A stretch of DNA of 64,000 nucleotides from assembly GCA_951406725.2 (NCBI GenBank), contig OX597814.1:70928001-70992000 (forward strand), given 5' to 3'. A model generated the notes under the pieces. The model made no database searches. It worked only from the letters and a program-made list of their open reading frames with translations, and was not told the DNA's origin. This stretch comes from Octopus vulgaris (lineage: Eukaryota). Both the position numbers and the translations under genes were made by a program. This document shows positions 1 through 11,899 of this stretch, piece after piece. Numbering within the stretch: the stretch's first letter is position 1; each line of letters begins with the position of its first letter.

Positions 1-1645
1 ACACTAATGAATGAATACCAAGATTCCTTCACAGACAAGGAGAAAGATTATTGCAACTTTGTAATCAGAGAGAGCAATTTCTACGGCTTACCTAAAATCT
101 ACAAAAGCTCCGAAATAGAGAGAGCCATAAATGAACAGAAGAATCAATACATAAAAATATTAAAGCATACTGACCTCAAACTGGGGCCAATAATTGCTGG
201 ACCTCAAGCACCAACACAACAACTGAGTCATCTTTTGGATATACTCCTAAAACTTTTGTGCCCATTAATACTCAGCTATATACGGGACAGCTTAGATTAC
301 CTTAAGCACATCCCACTCACCCAGAATGTACTATACTTCCAAGCTTTGACATCACAAATCTTTATACCAATATACCTCACATTTTGGGTTTGGAAGCAAT
401 CAAACACTGGGTAGAGAAACATAGAGGATGGGTAAATGGACGCTTCAAAATTGACTTCATCATCAAGGCCACAACTTCTAAAGGGCATGAGGACGCGGTT
501 TGCACCCTCATATGCTAACCTAGTCATGGGATATTTGGAAGAAAAGCTTTATGAGAGAGCTTTTAATCATGATTGCAAGAAATACGTCATTAAAAAGTGG
601 AAACGCTTCCTCGGTGATTGCTTTATCTTTTGGAACAAACCAAATGAGGACCGACAAATATTTAATAATATACTCAACACACTGCACCCATCCATCAAAT
701 TCACGACAGAAACCAGTTGCAATGAATTACCATTTCTGGATATTCACATAAAAATACACAACTCCACAGTCACAGACATATTTTACAAAAATACGGACAC
801 GCACCAATATTTGAATTTCTATTCCTGCCATCCCTCACGCATCAAAACGAACATGCCATACAGCATGGCAAGACGTATCTGTACTATAGTGATTGACTCC
901 AAAGTACTTCAAATCTGATTCAACGAGCTCAAAGGCTTCCTAATAAAACAGAAATGTCCCTTAGAATTAATAAACGATAGAATTAAAAAGGCGATGAAGC
1001 TGAGCATCACACAACTATGGCCACCAAAGGAAAAAAGTAATGAACAGATGATTCCATTTATCAATACGCACAATCCTGGGGTAGCCAACATCTTTCACGC
1101 TATAAAATCAAGCCTACCTATACTTCTACAAAGACCCAAGCCTGATTGGTAAAAACCCCTTACGAAACACTAGATGCCAGCCAAAAAATCTCAAAAAACA
1201 CCTCACAAGAGCAAAATTTACATCAGAGAATGAATCAGAATTTTCTGTAAAATAATGTGGAAATAGCAGGAGTGTAATGTGTGGAATATACAACAACAAC
1301 AACTTCAAACATTTAGGAAGTGGTTCCCACATAAAATTCAAGAGCGGATTCTCGCTCAAAGTAAATGCAGATATGAACTACATGATACAGACTCTCATAT
1401 ACTGCATTGCTTTCCCCAACAGCAAAGAAAATTACATTGGCGAAACAAACAATTCTCTATGCCAACGTGCAAGAATCCAGACAACACATCCAACAAGAGG
1501 AATTGCGCAAGATTCCACTGAGCAAGAATCTAGAAATATGCAGTAAAGCAAAGTTCAAAATCTTTCCCTTTTACAAATGTTCAAGAGATGACCCAAAGTT
1601 CCGAAAAGCAATGGAGCTACACTTCATCAAACAATTCTCCCGTCT
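1..1645 (+). mobile_element. Penelope-like retroelement, degenerate (RT plus GIY-YIG endonuclease), truncated by the window start
   Basis: Frameshifted ORFs 7-414 (FYGLPKIYK, PIIAGP), 436-918 (MRTRFAPSYANLVMG, WKRFLGDCF, LPFLDI, YLNFYSCHP) and 1277-1715 (LIYCI..NYIGETNNSL..R, IFPFYKC). All are PLE RT or GIY-YIG motifs. Confidence 0.92.
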
Positions 1646-3519
1646 CTTTGCTTTTTTTTTCTCTCCTCCAATCCCGCAACCCCACCCCAAAAGGCAGAGG
1701 GCTACATTTTGCTAAAAATCTTGGAAAGAGAAACAGAGACAATATACATGAACATCCCTCCAAATGAAACAAACTATGAACATTACATGGTTAGCTCACA
1801 CTGCAAATGAATGTTCCAATAAACGCTATATTGCTGTCTAACAATATACACATACCATATCAGGTGACATCAATGTATGCTAGATGGTTTTAGTGTCTGT
1901 CAAGAAAGCTTCTTCATGGTCATTTTACCACTTTATTATTATTTTTTTTGATAGTAATGATAATTGATGGAGAAAAACATACTGTTACTGTTATTTCTGA
2001 ATGTGGCTCCATTGTTAAAAACGTGATACTCATCTCTATAAATGATCAGATATATATATATAACAATGGGATTTTGACAACTATTGTTCTTATAGAACTT
2101 ACATATACCTGAGAAAGAATACTAGAACCATTTTACCACTGATTGGGGAAAATATCTAATGTAGCTATTTGGCAAAGTAATTCGTGAGAAAGATCTCTTT
2201 TGAATTATCTTATCCAAGCAAGCAATAAAAATAAAAATAAATCCTACAAAAGGATGAAAAATACTCAAAAATATATTTAATCAAGCCCTACTTTGTTATG
2301 TAATTTATATTCTACAGAGTGGCTTCCAGCTAAATATACAATATACATGTTATTACAAAACTCATTTATGATGTTTGATTAAACGTACATAGAGAATAGA
2401 TTGAATTATAAACAATACAGACCCAAATTATTTTTTATATATTTTTTTAATTTATGAATGTTGTATTAATATTTAATGTTTGGTCGTGCAAAACATGGAA
2501 TTACACAGAATAAGGGATTTGACTACACAGGAGTATACATTTTCATAGGACTTTGAACTCTTTTTTTATTTTTCAGTGATGATCGTTTTTCTTATTTTCC
2601 CATTCTACTTCCTAAAATTGACATCTTGAAAGGTCACCTACCCCTTGTGAGAAAATGTGTTTATTTACAAATACGTTGATAGGTATACAATGAGAAGGGA
2701 AAGAGGAGGGAGAGAAAAAAGAAAAAACAAGGAAAATGCTTTGTAATGACCACATCAAATTGAAAAGAAACCTCCTCTCTCTCTCTCTCTCTCTCCTTTC
2801 TCCATCGTTTACTTTTTTCCTCTTTCTCGATTGTCCTGAAACCTGTCCTGAGCCTTCTGTCTATTTTTTCTGTCTCTTTGCTTTTCTTTCTCTCTTCTCC
2901 CTTCCTCCACCCCAAAAAACCAAAACATATTTATCTCCTCTTCTAAACAAAGCAACAAAAAAAAAAAGAAAAAACATCAGATTCATACAAATGAATAACG
3001 AAACCTTCTGTCTTTATCATTTTGATTTTGTCTTGATGAGTTCGATAAACGAACGAAAGCCCTAATAAAGAATTATCCAAAATTCTGACTGCCTCCTTTT
3101 TCTCAATATACAAAATCTTTACACCACTTCAAACACCCTATGCGCACTCACGCACGCACACACATACACACACACATATATCAAAATGAAACACGAACTA
3201 AATAATATATGACATAGTAGATAACTGTCAACCTTGTTACTGATATATTTTGATACTTATTCGGTTGGCATACACGATTATATCATCTGTGATTAATTGA
3301 GAGTCGGGAGCATTGGATTACATACTTTTACTGCCCAGATAGACTAAATATTTATTCTCATATGTCTAAGTCTTCTCTACTGTTCAGAGTAGGATTTTGT
3401 TTCCTAAAGAAGTGTATCTCTCAAATCCTGACTTGTATTTTTATATTTCTATAATAGATTCGCCACTGTCAGCGGGCGAATAACCACCCTGCTAAATTTC
3501 CCTTTAAATACTCGCCGGC

Positions 3520-4490
3520 TAACCGTCATGAGATACAATCTAAGCTTCAACTGAGCAATGGAGGAGAAGGGCACGTAGTTTTAGCCCGCGCCCTCCCTAG
3601 ACCTACCTTCGAACAAAGTTGTGTTAGTTTCAGCTCCAGCAGCAAGAGCCGACTAACTGTCTGGTGGTACAAGCCTTCGAACTATTGGAGAGGAGGGCGT
3701 GCAATGAACGAGATGGTTCTCTTGGCCCACCTGTCAAGCAGCTGTGCTGTTTAAGTTCCACCCAGCCTTACCTAGCGACGTTATTTCCCTGTCGGTATAT
3801 AATGGCTTTCAAGCCATTTCGGGTCTTCTCGTTTCAGCCATATATAGAAGCTGTCTTTGTCGACTGCCTCCAGTATCCTCTTTATTACTTTTCTCAGCTC
3901 TGAACTCGAACATGCAAACCTTCTTTTAAATAACGTCGCCATTTTCTTTTCAATGAAGCTTCTAGCCCCCACTGCCAGGTGGTAATACTCGACTGCCCAC
4001 CCCTGTTCCCCGCACTCTTCGATTACTCTTTCATACCTCCTCTCCTTCCGTTGCTCTGCGATGTTCACTTCCCATGACACTGTCAGCTCTGTAAAATTCC
4101 AATTTTTCGTTCTGTGTTCCATAGGATTAAGTCTGGTCTCTTTGTTGTTTTTATGAGTGGGAATATTAACAGTCTTTCCAAATCCGAGGCCAGCTCCCAG
4201 TAACCCTTCCATCTTTCGTCTGTCTTGTATACTTTTTTTGAAGGCCTGTTCTTATGTCCTTTTCCATCCTTCTGGAAGTATATCCTTTCGCGCTTTTCCT
4301 CTTTTGGGTACTCTTCCCTTCGATCTTCTTGAGTGTTGCGCTTATGACACCGAGGACTTGATTGTGATGCCATGTATATCTGTCTAGAGCTAGCCTACAG
4401 TTTGACAGAACATGTCTCACCGTCACTCTTTCTCCGCATCTATATTCATCAGTCATTTGTATGTTCCATCGGACTAAAATTTGTATATGA
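3520..4490 (-). mobile_element. 3' part of a non-LTR retrotransposon with a restriction-like endonuclease (HERO/NeSL-like)
   Basis: Overlapping minus-strand ORFs give a CCHC knuckle (CGERVTVRHVLSNC..RYTWHHNQVL), then KRPDLILWN and ELTVSWE..RKERRY (PD-(D/E)xK RLE). A GC-richer 3' UTR follows. Confidence 0.85.
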
Positions 4491-4599
4491 AACAAAACTT
4501 CCACTTGATAATATATTTTATTATTTTGCCAATTTACTTTATACTATTTACAATTTGCTGTGGACTGTTGTCGTTCACTTACACACACACACACACACA

Positions 4600-4740
4600 C
4601 ACAACGGGCTTCTTTTCTGTTTATCAAATCCACTCACAAGACTTTGGTCGGCCCGAGGCAGGAGTAGAAGACACTTTCCCAAGGTGCCACGCAGTAATAG
4701 TGAACTCGGAACCATATGGTTGGGAAGTAAACTGTTTAAT
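4600..4740 (-). mobile_element. tRNA-derived SINE, 5' half
   Basis: The reverse complement reads cttcccaaccatatggttccgagttc..ctgcgtggcaccttggg..gtgtcttctac..cctcgggccgaccaaag. It is homologous to 18630-18770. Confidence 0.85.
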
Positions 4741-4789
4741 TTAATGTCAAGGTAGTGTAAAACGGATAGATTGCAATAATTACCATTAT

Positions 4790-6560
4790 TTTTTACGTAA
4801 AATTCTTTAAATTCTTTAATATGTTACTTCTAAATATAATAAGTTCATCGCCGTCCATATTATTGTAAAATGGCTTGTCCATTGTTACATAGGTTTATGT
4901 TGGATTTCCTGAATATTTTGCTTATTCGCTTTAGAATGAGTACTGTTACTAATTAATGTGTATCCACTCCGTTGTAACATTTCATCGTGATATCAAAGGG
5001 ATCATGATTTTCTTATTTCACCAACTCAGATTTTATTGCATGCATAATGATGATCATATTTCTTGATCGCTCACTTGACTAAGTCTGATGATTTTAATAA
5101 CAACTGGGAAGTTTATAAAAGTGTTGTCTTTTAGGTTGTTAAAACAATTTATGTTGCATATATGATCGTTCATTGTGTGATTTCGGTGTTTTGGCATACT
5201 TTGGAGTTAGTATTTGCCAAGTTTCTGTTTACTATAATTAGTATTCTTTACGTGAAATTTCTTGATCTGCTTTTGAGATTGCTCCTAAAATTAGGCTTGT
5301 TGTCTTTCAGTTATATATATGCTTCTCGTTGCGCAAGAAATTAAGTCTATCAGCTATTTTACAGAACATGTCTTACTGTTGGAGTTTACCTTCTTTGCAT
5401 GTTTTTGTTAATGCAGTTGTCGGGAAATTTTTATATATGCCTCCGTCTGTTACAGGCACGTTATTTGTCTTGTCTGTAAATACAATTTTTTCGGACTCTT
5501 GTAGTAATTTGATGTCACTACGTGCATGCATTTTATTTAGAATGTGTAGTTGAGGACATTTCTTATCACACTTGTCCAGAGTTTCTGCGTTGCATTTTGC
5601 GTAGTTAACTTTCCATCGTATTATTTTGATTACGGTTTCAACATTTTGGAAGGAGCGTTTCTAGTATTGTATTATGGTATTTGCATATTTTCGCTGAATG
5701 TACGAGAGTATGTTTCCAAGTTCAGTTTGGCACCACCCGATCTAGTTGGGACTGCTGGTTATTCTTAGGTCGAATTGTATCAAACAATAAAAGAGGGTTG
5801 CTAATCACTTGGCGTAGAGTATACATTTTATTGAAACTAAATATGTCTCACTTTATTGCAATTGGTAAATGAGAGCTATTGCAATTCAGTTTGGTGTTGT
5901 CAATATATTTGTCGCTGCGGGTCCAGTCTTTTTCTTGAGTTTGTTCATCGGTTTGCGTTTGGGTTTTTTTTTCATAAGCCGATACTTTTATGCCTCGTCA
6001 TTTGTTATATTATGTGGTGTAATGTTTAATTTTCTTGTGCTTGATAGGAGTGAGGCGGGGTAATATTATCAATTCATTACTAAATTTGTTCTTTCTATTT
6101 GGTTTAAGTATGTATGTTTTGGTATATTCTTCGCTTTTCTTACAATAATGTTTCGTAAATATTGTTGATTTAATCAAAATTAAGATTGTAATGACTTGTG
6201 TATGATTGAATTTAACTGTAAAGCATATCTTTTGGGGGTTTTATTTCTCATAGAAATATTTATGAGAAAGTAAGTAGTATTTCATAATTGAGTGATTTTG
6301 GCAAGGCTTGTAGAGACTGTCTGTTAAAACGATGAAGGATTTTGTTTATTTCGCTTAACGACATATATATTTTTTATAATAAATTTTGAGATATGTTTGA
6401 GTACGTTGTGATGTTGACGTCATTATTTTCGGTATTGAACATCTGAGTGGTTTAGGCTGGAATGTTTGGAATTTTGTTTTACTCAGTGTGAAGGGTAGGA
6501 GTTTTCATATGCCTTGGTGATATTATCTGTTAAGCTAATTAAAGAATTTTGAACAGAAAG
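4790..6560 (-). mobile_element. Highly decayed Penelope-like element (N-terminal region and RT)
   Basis: Manual minus-strand translation gives EAYIT/LKDNKPNFRSNLKSR, IMHAIKS, PFDITMKCYNGVD and KSNINLCNNGQAIL. These match the AFITLKDHK..FD(V/I)TMG..LYRDDGL pattern of PLE RTs. Confidence 0.7.
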
Positions 6561-6577
6561 TGTTGTTTGAATTACAG

Positions 6578-6627
<50 letters not shown>

Positions 6628-6679
6628 TGTGTGTGTGTGTGTGTGTTGTTGTGATCAAGTCTTCTCTTTTATTTTCTGC

Positions 6680-7450
6680 GTAGATCAGTATGCTTGTTTA
6701 TATGAGTATCTTGGTAAAGGTTTGTTTTATTTGGTTGGTTGGTTGCACTTTAATTGTAATGGGTGTTTTTTTTTTCTTTTTGTATCTATAAGTTCTTGTG
6801 TGTTCAGTTTGGGTCGGAAAATTATGGTTCGATTCTTGATGCTATTTTCTTTTTATATATGTATCTTAAATGGAACCTGGTATTTATCTTTTCCTATTCA
6901 GAGTTTAGACCATTTTATGGAAATGAATATATTTTGGTATCTGCAGTTATAATTCATTCTATTCTTTAAAGTTTATAAGTATTTTGTAGGATTACACGGT
7001 ACTTTTCTGCAGTACAAAGAGGATAAATTGCAGTCTATTTTTTTGTTGTTGTTTTATAATTGTATGTTGTTTCTTTTGACTCCCACTTGTGTTCAAATAG
7101 AACTGTTGCATTTTTTTCTATACTTCGAAATCTCAGTGTGTTTTCTTTGCATCTTTATTTCAAATCTCCAGTATTAGCACCGAAATGTTTTTATCAGCTT
7201 GTTCAACTTATCACAGTGTAACGTTGTACACTACAATTGTTTGTAAGTATTTTCCATGTAATGAGCATGTATCTGTCCTGGTGCTCTTAGTTTGCAGTAT
7301 TACGTGTTCTTTAGTGATTGTGATATAATGTTTTAATTTTATGCACCTTCTGACTTTTAATGTCAGGGTTGTTTACAACGGATAGGTTGCTTTTAATTTC
7401 TTGAAAGATCTTTCTTGTTTTGATTTTTTTTCTAAATTTCTCAAACCCAT
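6680..7450 (-). mobile_element. Decayed PLE 3' end (GIY-YIG)
   Basis: Manual minus-strand translation gives LHGKYLQTIVVYNVT, KYRKNATVLFEHKWESKE and FRPKLN. Confidence 0.6.
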
Positions 7451-7939
7451 TCCCCTCTATATTTTTAATATAGTTAAGCCATTGTCTAGATATAGGTCTA
7501 TTTTGGGATAGAACCTACAAAAACAGATACACACTGCACATAAACAGACACGTGCGCGCGAATTCCAGAATATATGTCAAAATGAAACGGTCCTACATGA
7601 TCAAAAATATGAAAATAATAGACATAGACTGCACACCATCTACAATTTGTCACCACACATTTTTTTTACAATTTGTCCCTATGCATAACAGAAAATACAG
7701 TGTAATAACACAAAACAACATACACACTGAACAGCAATAAAAATAGTATTATAATGCGTTGCTCGACACCAAAGTAAATTCATGTTCAAAAGTATATAAA
7801 TAAAATAAATAGTATAAAATATGTAAATATATAAATAATATAGAATATATATCAAAATAAATAATATAAAATAATATAAAATTGAATAAAAAGATTACTA
7901 TGCTGAATGGGAGGTTACAATTAAAAAAAATTATTATCA

Positions 7940-8160
7940 TTATCAGAAAAGAATTTCGAACGTATAATGGTCCTATACAACAGCATAGATAAATATAAAC
8001 ACAATCGGGTTCAGTCTGTGTTAGGGTAGCGGCAAAACGAGTTAATGATGTGGAAGGCCCAGGAGCTATAAACGAACGTGTGGCATAAAATTCGACGTTT
8101 CAAAGAAGTTGGCACCAACCTGGAAGACAAAGCACGGTCAGATAGACCATTTATAGAAGA
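7940..8160 (+). mobile_element. Tc1/mariner transposase N-terminal fragment
   Basis: Translation VWHKIRRFKEVGTNLEDKARSDRP resembles the paired-like HTH plus GRPR-like motif. Confidence 0.5.
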
Positions 8161-8440
8161 TGAGGCCTAGCTTGAAATGGCTGAACAACAGCCATTTGTT
8201 GATGTTATTTTTATTGTCATTGTTGCTGTTGCTGTTGTAGTTATTGTGCGTGTGTTGGCTTAGTATGTTCGTGTTGTTGCTGGTGTTGTGATGCCCTAAT
8301 TTCCATCTTATTAAAAGCAAATTGTCTCACCTGTCTGTGACTTTCAGTTGTTTTAACGCCTAGCATTAACAGGGGACGTCCCCAAGCTCTATCTCGCAGT
8401 GAATCCGGTGAACAAACACAACATATACATTAAGTATGTG

Positions 8441-8491
<51 letters not shown>

Positions 8492-8509
8492 CATGTATGT
8501 GTGTGTGTG

Positions 8510-8660
8510 TAGACACGTGGCTTTGTTGTTAAGGTGTTGCATTCATGATCATAAGATGTGGTTTCAGTTCCTAGACCGGGCGATGTGTTGTGTTCTTGAG
8601 CAAAACGCTTCATTTCACATTGCTCCAGTCCCCTCAGATGGCGAAAAGGAGTAATCCGGC
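8510..8660 (+). mobile_element. tRNA-derived SINE (head plus central domain)
   Basis: Reads gtggctttgttgttaaggtg..gtttcagttcc..gtgttcttgagcaaaacgcttcatttcacattgctccagtcc. Homologous to 53527-53660. Confidence 0.75.
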
Positions 8661-8789
8661 CACGGACCACCACAAGATTACAAAATAAAAAAAACCGACG
8701 CGCACCAGTATTTGAATTTCTACTCTTCCTATCCCTCACATCAAAACGAACATCCCATACATCATGGGAATCGAAGAAAGCGGCCTTAT

Positions 8790-8914
8790 GAATGCTTTGC
8801 CTTTCATCCGATCGGAGTCGAGAAATTAAGTACCAGTTAAATACTGAGGTCAATATGTAATTGACTAGTCCTCTCCCCCAAAATTTCAGGCTTTGTGTCA
8901 TTAGTAGAAAGAAA

Positions 8915-8950
<36 letters not shown>
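8790..8950 (+). mobile_element. SINE 3' half with (TAT)n tail
   Basis: Reads ctttgcctttcatcc..gtcga..aattaagtaccagtt..aaaatttcaggc..gtagaaagaaatattattatt. Same family as 47775-47960 and 48030-48227. Confidence 0.75.
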
Positions 8951-8951
<1 letters not shown>

Positions 8952-9470
8952 TACTTTTAATCTGCATGTTTAGACACACCCAGCGTCCTAGGGTGAGTGA
9001 AGGATAAGATATGTTACAGTATGACTAGGGCACCCACAATTACAGGAACAGTTCACGCTTTAAGATGCCACATGTTTTGTATTTCAATTTCCAGGTCCTT
9101 AATTTACTTAATTCTTTCACAGACATTTTTATCAGTGGTAACACTTACATCTATTAGCCTACAAGCATTTTCTTCTCTGCCGTTAATGACTTTGTCTGGT
9201 TGATTAGCCTGGATCGTTTTGTCGGTGTTGGCTGGAAAATCCCAGCGAATAGACATTTTTTTACTTTCAAAAATTTGCTCAGGATGATGTTCATACCAGT
9301 AAGCAAGAATGCTGATTTTGTAGTGTTTACATATTTTTCAATGTAAATACTGTCCTAAATTGTCATGGCGAATTTTGAATTCGTTTAGTGTCATCACAGG
9401 ACATCTCGAGACAAAGTAATCTATTGTTTCATCAAATTTATCTCAGGATTTGCATTTAGGGAACAAACAA
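8950..9470 (-). mobile_element. R4/Dong-like RLE LINE, 3' fragment
   Basis: Manual translation gives PKCKS.DKFDETIDYFVSRCP..RHDNLGQYLH..WYEHHPE..WDFPANTDKTIQANQPDKVI..LIDVSV..DLEIEIQNMWH..VPVIVGAL. The 3' end runs into (TAA)n. Confidence 0.85.
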
Positions 9471-9479
9471 ATAGAATCT

Positions 9480-10985
9480 GCATTTTGGGAACAAACCAAA
9501 GAAACCACAACTTTCAAACACATTTACCCTATGTACAACCGTATCGGTAAATACATTCAATAATTAAATTACAACCAACTCCTAAATACGTAACTAAACA
9601 GCGGTCAATCCATTAAGTCATACAAAAATTATAATCCCTATCGTCGTCCATAGTATAATATAAAAAGTGAAAGCTTAATAACCACATTCATTCAATCAAT
9701 CAATTTATAGGCAGGATTAAACACCAACTTTAATAAAGCTACAACAAAGAAACATAAACTAATGTACATTGTATCAATATTAATAGTAAACTGTAATAAC
9801 TAAATTATATGCTAAACCGCGACCAGTCATTAAATCCATACAAATAATAATCTTACCGGTCTTCCATAGTTACTACTGTTAAAGTTAAAGCTTTATATAA
9901 ATCTCTCCAAAACAAAACAAACACGGTTGAAATTAATTTAACTTATAATATATAATTATGAGTGAAATACATTATTTCATCATTCAAAAGTTCATAATAA
10001 AACACTACATACTCATTAATATATCACCACTACAAGCTATAATATTAAATTACCTGTAACTAATAGAAACATTAAATTTTATTAAATAGGAACTAATAAA
10101 AGTACTTGTAATTAACTATTGTTATAAAACCTAAGATAATAAAGCTACAAGTATTAACACTTACATGTTTTATCAGACACGCAGTTCCATCATCAAGAAT
10201 TTAAAGGACCGACTTAAATATTGAAGACGTAGTGTGTAATTACTACTCCTTAATTGTCTCAAAATAATATCGGTGACGTAGTAAGCAAATAACCCGAATT
10301 GTAAACCTTCCACATCCTTACAAATATTTACTAAGTTGAAGACTAGATATTACCCCATATTTATTTAAAATTTCAAGTTTCCTACCTAAACAGCGATTAA
10401 AAGTTTTAACCAATTTACTATATTTATACTCTTGTTTTACTACTTATTTATTCTTTCCAAAAATTCGTTAGCATCATTAATAATAGTACTATATCTAATA
10501 ATTTGCCCTGCAAAGGCACCATAATCAATAAAAGAAGGGATTTTACTACTGAAACATGGCATTAAAGCCACCTGGAAACTAAAATCTTGTTTTATTATAA
10601 ATGCCAGTACATATTTCATTATAATCCTTAATTACTAGATTGACATCTAAATAATTAATATTTCTTGTATTGTTACCATTTCTGGTGGCTATAAGCTCAC
10701 TAGGGTATATTTTTCTGAGTAAAAATTCAAAGAAACCATAATTAGGTATAAATAAATCATCTATGTATCTGCAGCATGCATCAAGCTGTTTAAACAAACC
10801 CATCTGTTTCCGAGCATATAGGTCTTTAAGAAAAAGGAACTCGCATGAAGAAAGATAAAGGTCCGCCAATAGGGAGCTACAATTGCCACTCATTGGAATT
10901 CCCCTAACCTGCTCAAGCATCCTACCCGCAAACATTGCAAACGAATTATTAATAATAAAACTTACTATTTCTTTCATTTTTCTTT
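9480..10985 (-). mobile_element. Penelope-like element (RT C-terminal half and long AT-rich tail)
   Basis: ORF 10579-10977 reads QVRGIPMSGNCSSLLADLYL..RYIDDL..YLDVNL..IYNK. The extent of the tail is uncertain. Confidence 0.8.
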
Positions 10986-11068
10986 TATTTATATTAGTAT
11001 ATCCTTATGACAACATTTAGACAAGAAACCTCTACCATTCTTTAAAGATATACATTGATATCCTTTAT

Positions 11069-11072
<4 letters not shown>

Positions 11073-11125
<53 letters not shown>

Positions 11126-11200
11126 GATAGATAGATAGATGGATAGATGGATGGATGGATGGATGGATGGATGGATGGATGGATGGATGGATGGATGGAT

Positions 11201-11255
<55 letters not shown>

Positions 11256-11256
11256 G
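11073..11256. repeat. Compound microsatellite (TA)n-(GATA)n-(GATG)n-(GATA)n
   Basis: Directly visible. Confidence 0.97.
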
Positions 11257-11416
11257 TGTGTATATTTCCCTTGTAGTAGCAAAAAATCACACAAGTAAAA
11301 AGGGCGTAACACCTTGTTTTTAAATGTAGAAACTCCGGGTTTATGTGAAATATTTTGTATAATATATATAAATAAAAATAATAGAGTTAAACGCAGATGT
11401 TATTCAAATTCTTTTA

Positions 11417-11503
11417 CTTCCGACACATGTTTCGAAGATATCATTGGTATCATTCCAAAGAAATAAAATGGTGTAAAACAATGTAATCTTCTCTTCGGGG
11501 AAA
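11417..11503 (-). ncRNA. Minimal type I hammerhead ribozyme motif
   Basis: Minus strand reads ttcc-CCGAAGA-GAAGAT..ATCTTC-GAAA-C ATGT G-TC-ggaa. Stems I, II and III pair, the triplet is GUC, and the core has a U4>C variant. Confidence 0.72.
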
Positions 11504-11786
11504 TGAAGAAATAAAAATCGATTAGACATTTTAACAGAATATGATGGATATGTATAGTGATGAACTGAACGCTATTAATTTTTCTTTTAGAAAATGTTAG
11601 AGTATATAACGTCAAAGGCAGTCTATAGAAAGAGAAGGGGTAAAGGAAAGAAAAAATCAGAAACCAAATAAATGAGAAGTATAGAACGATATGTAAATTA
11701 AATTAAATAAAACCCTAAAGTCTTGGAACAAGATATATCTAGTGAAAGTGAAATGTAAGAAGAAAATCAATGCTTAAAATATATAT

Positions 11787-11866
<80 letters not shown>

Positions 11867-11899
11867 AACATATATACATATAAATGCATTATTGATCGC

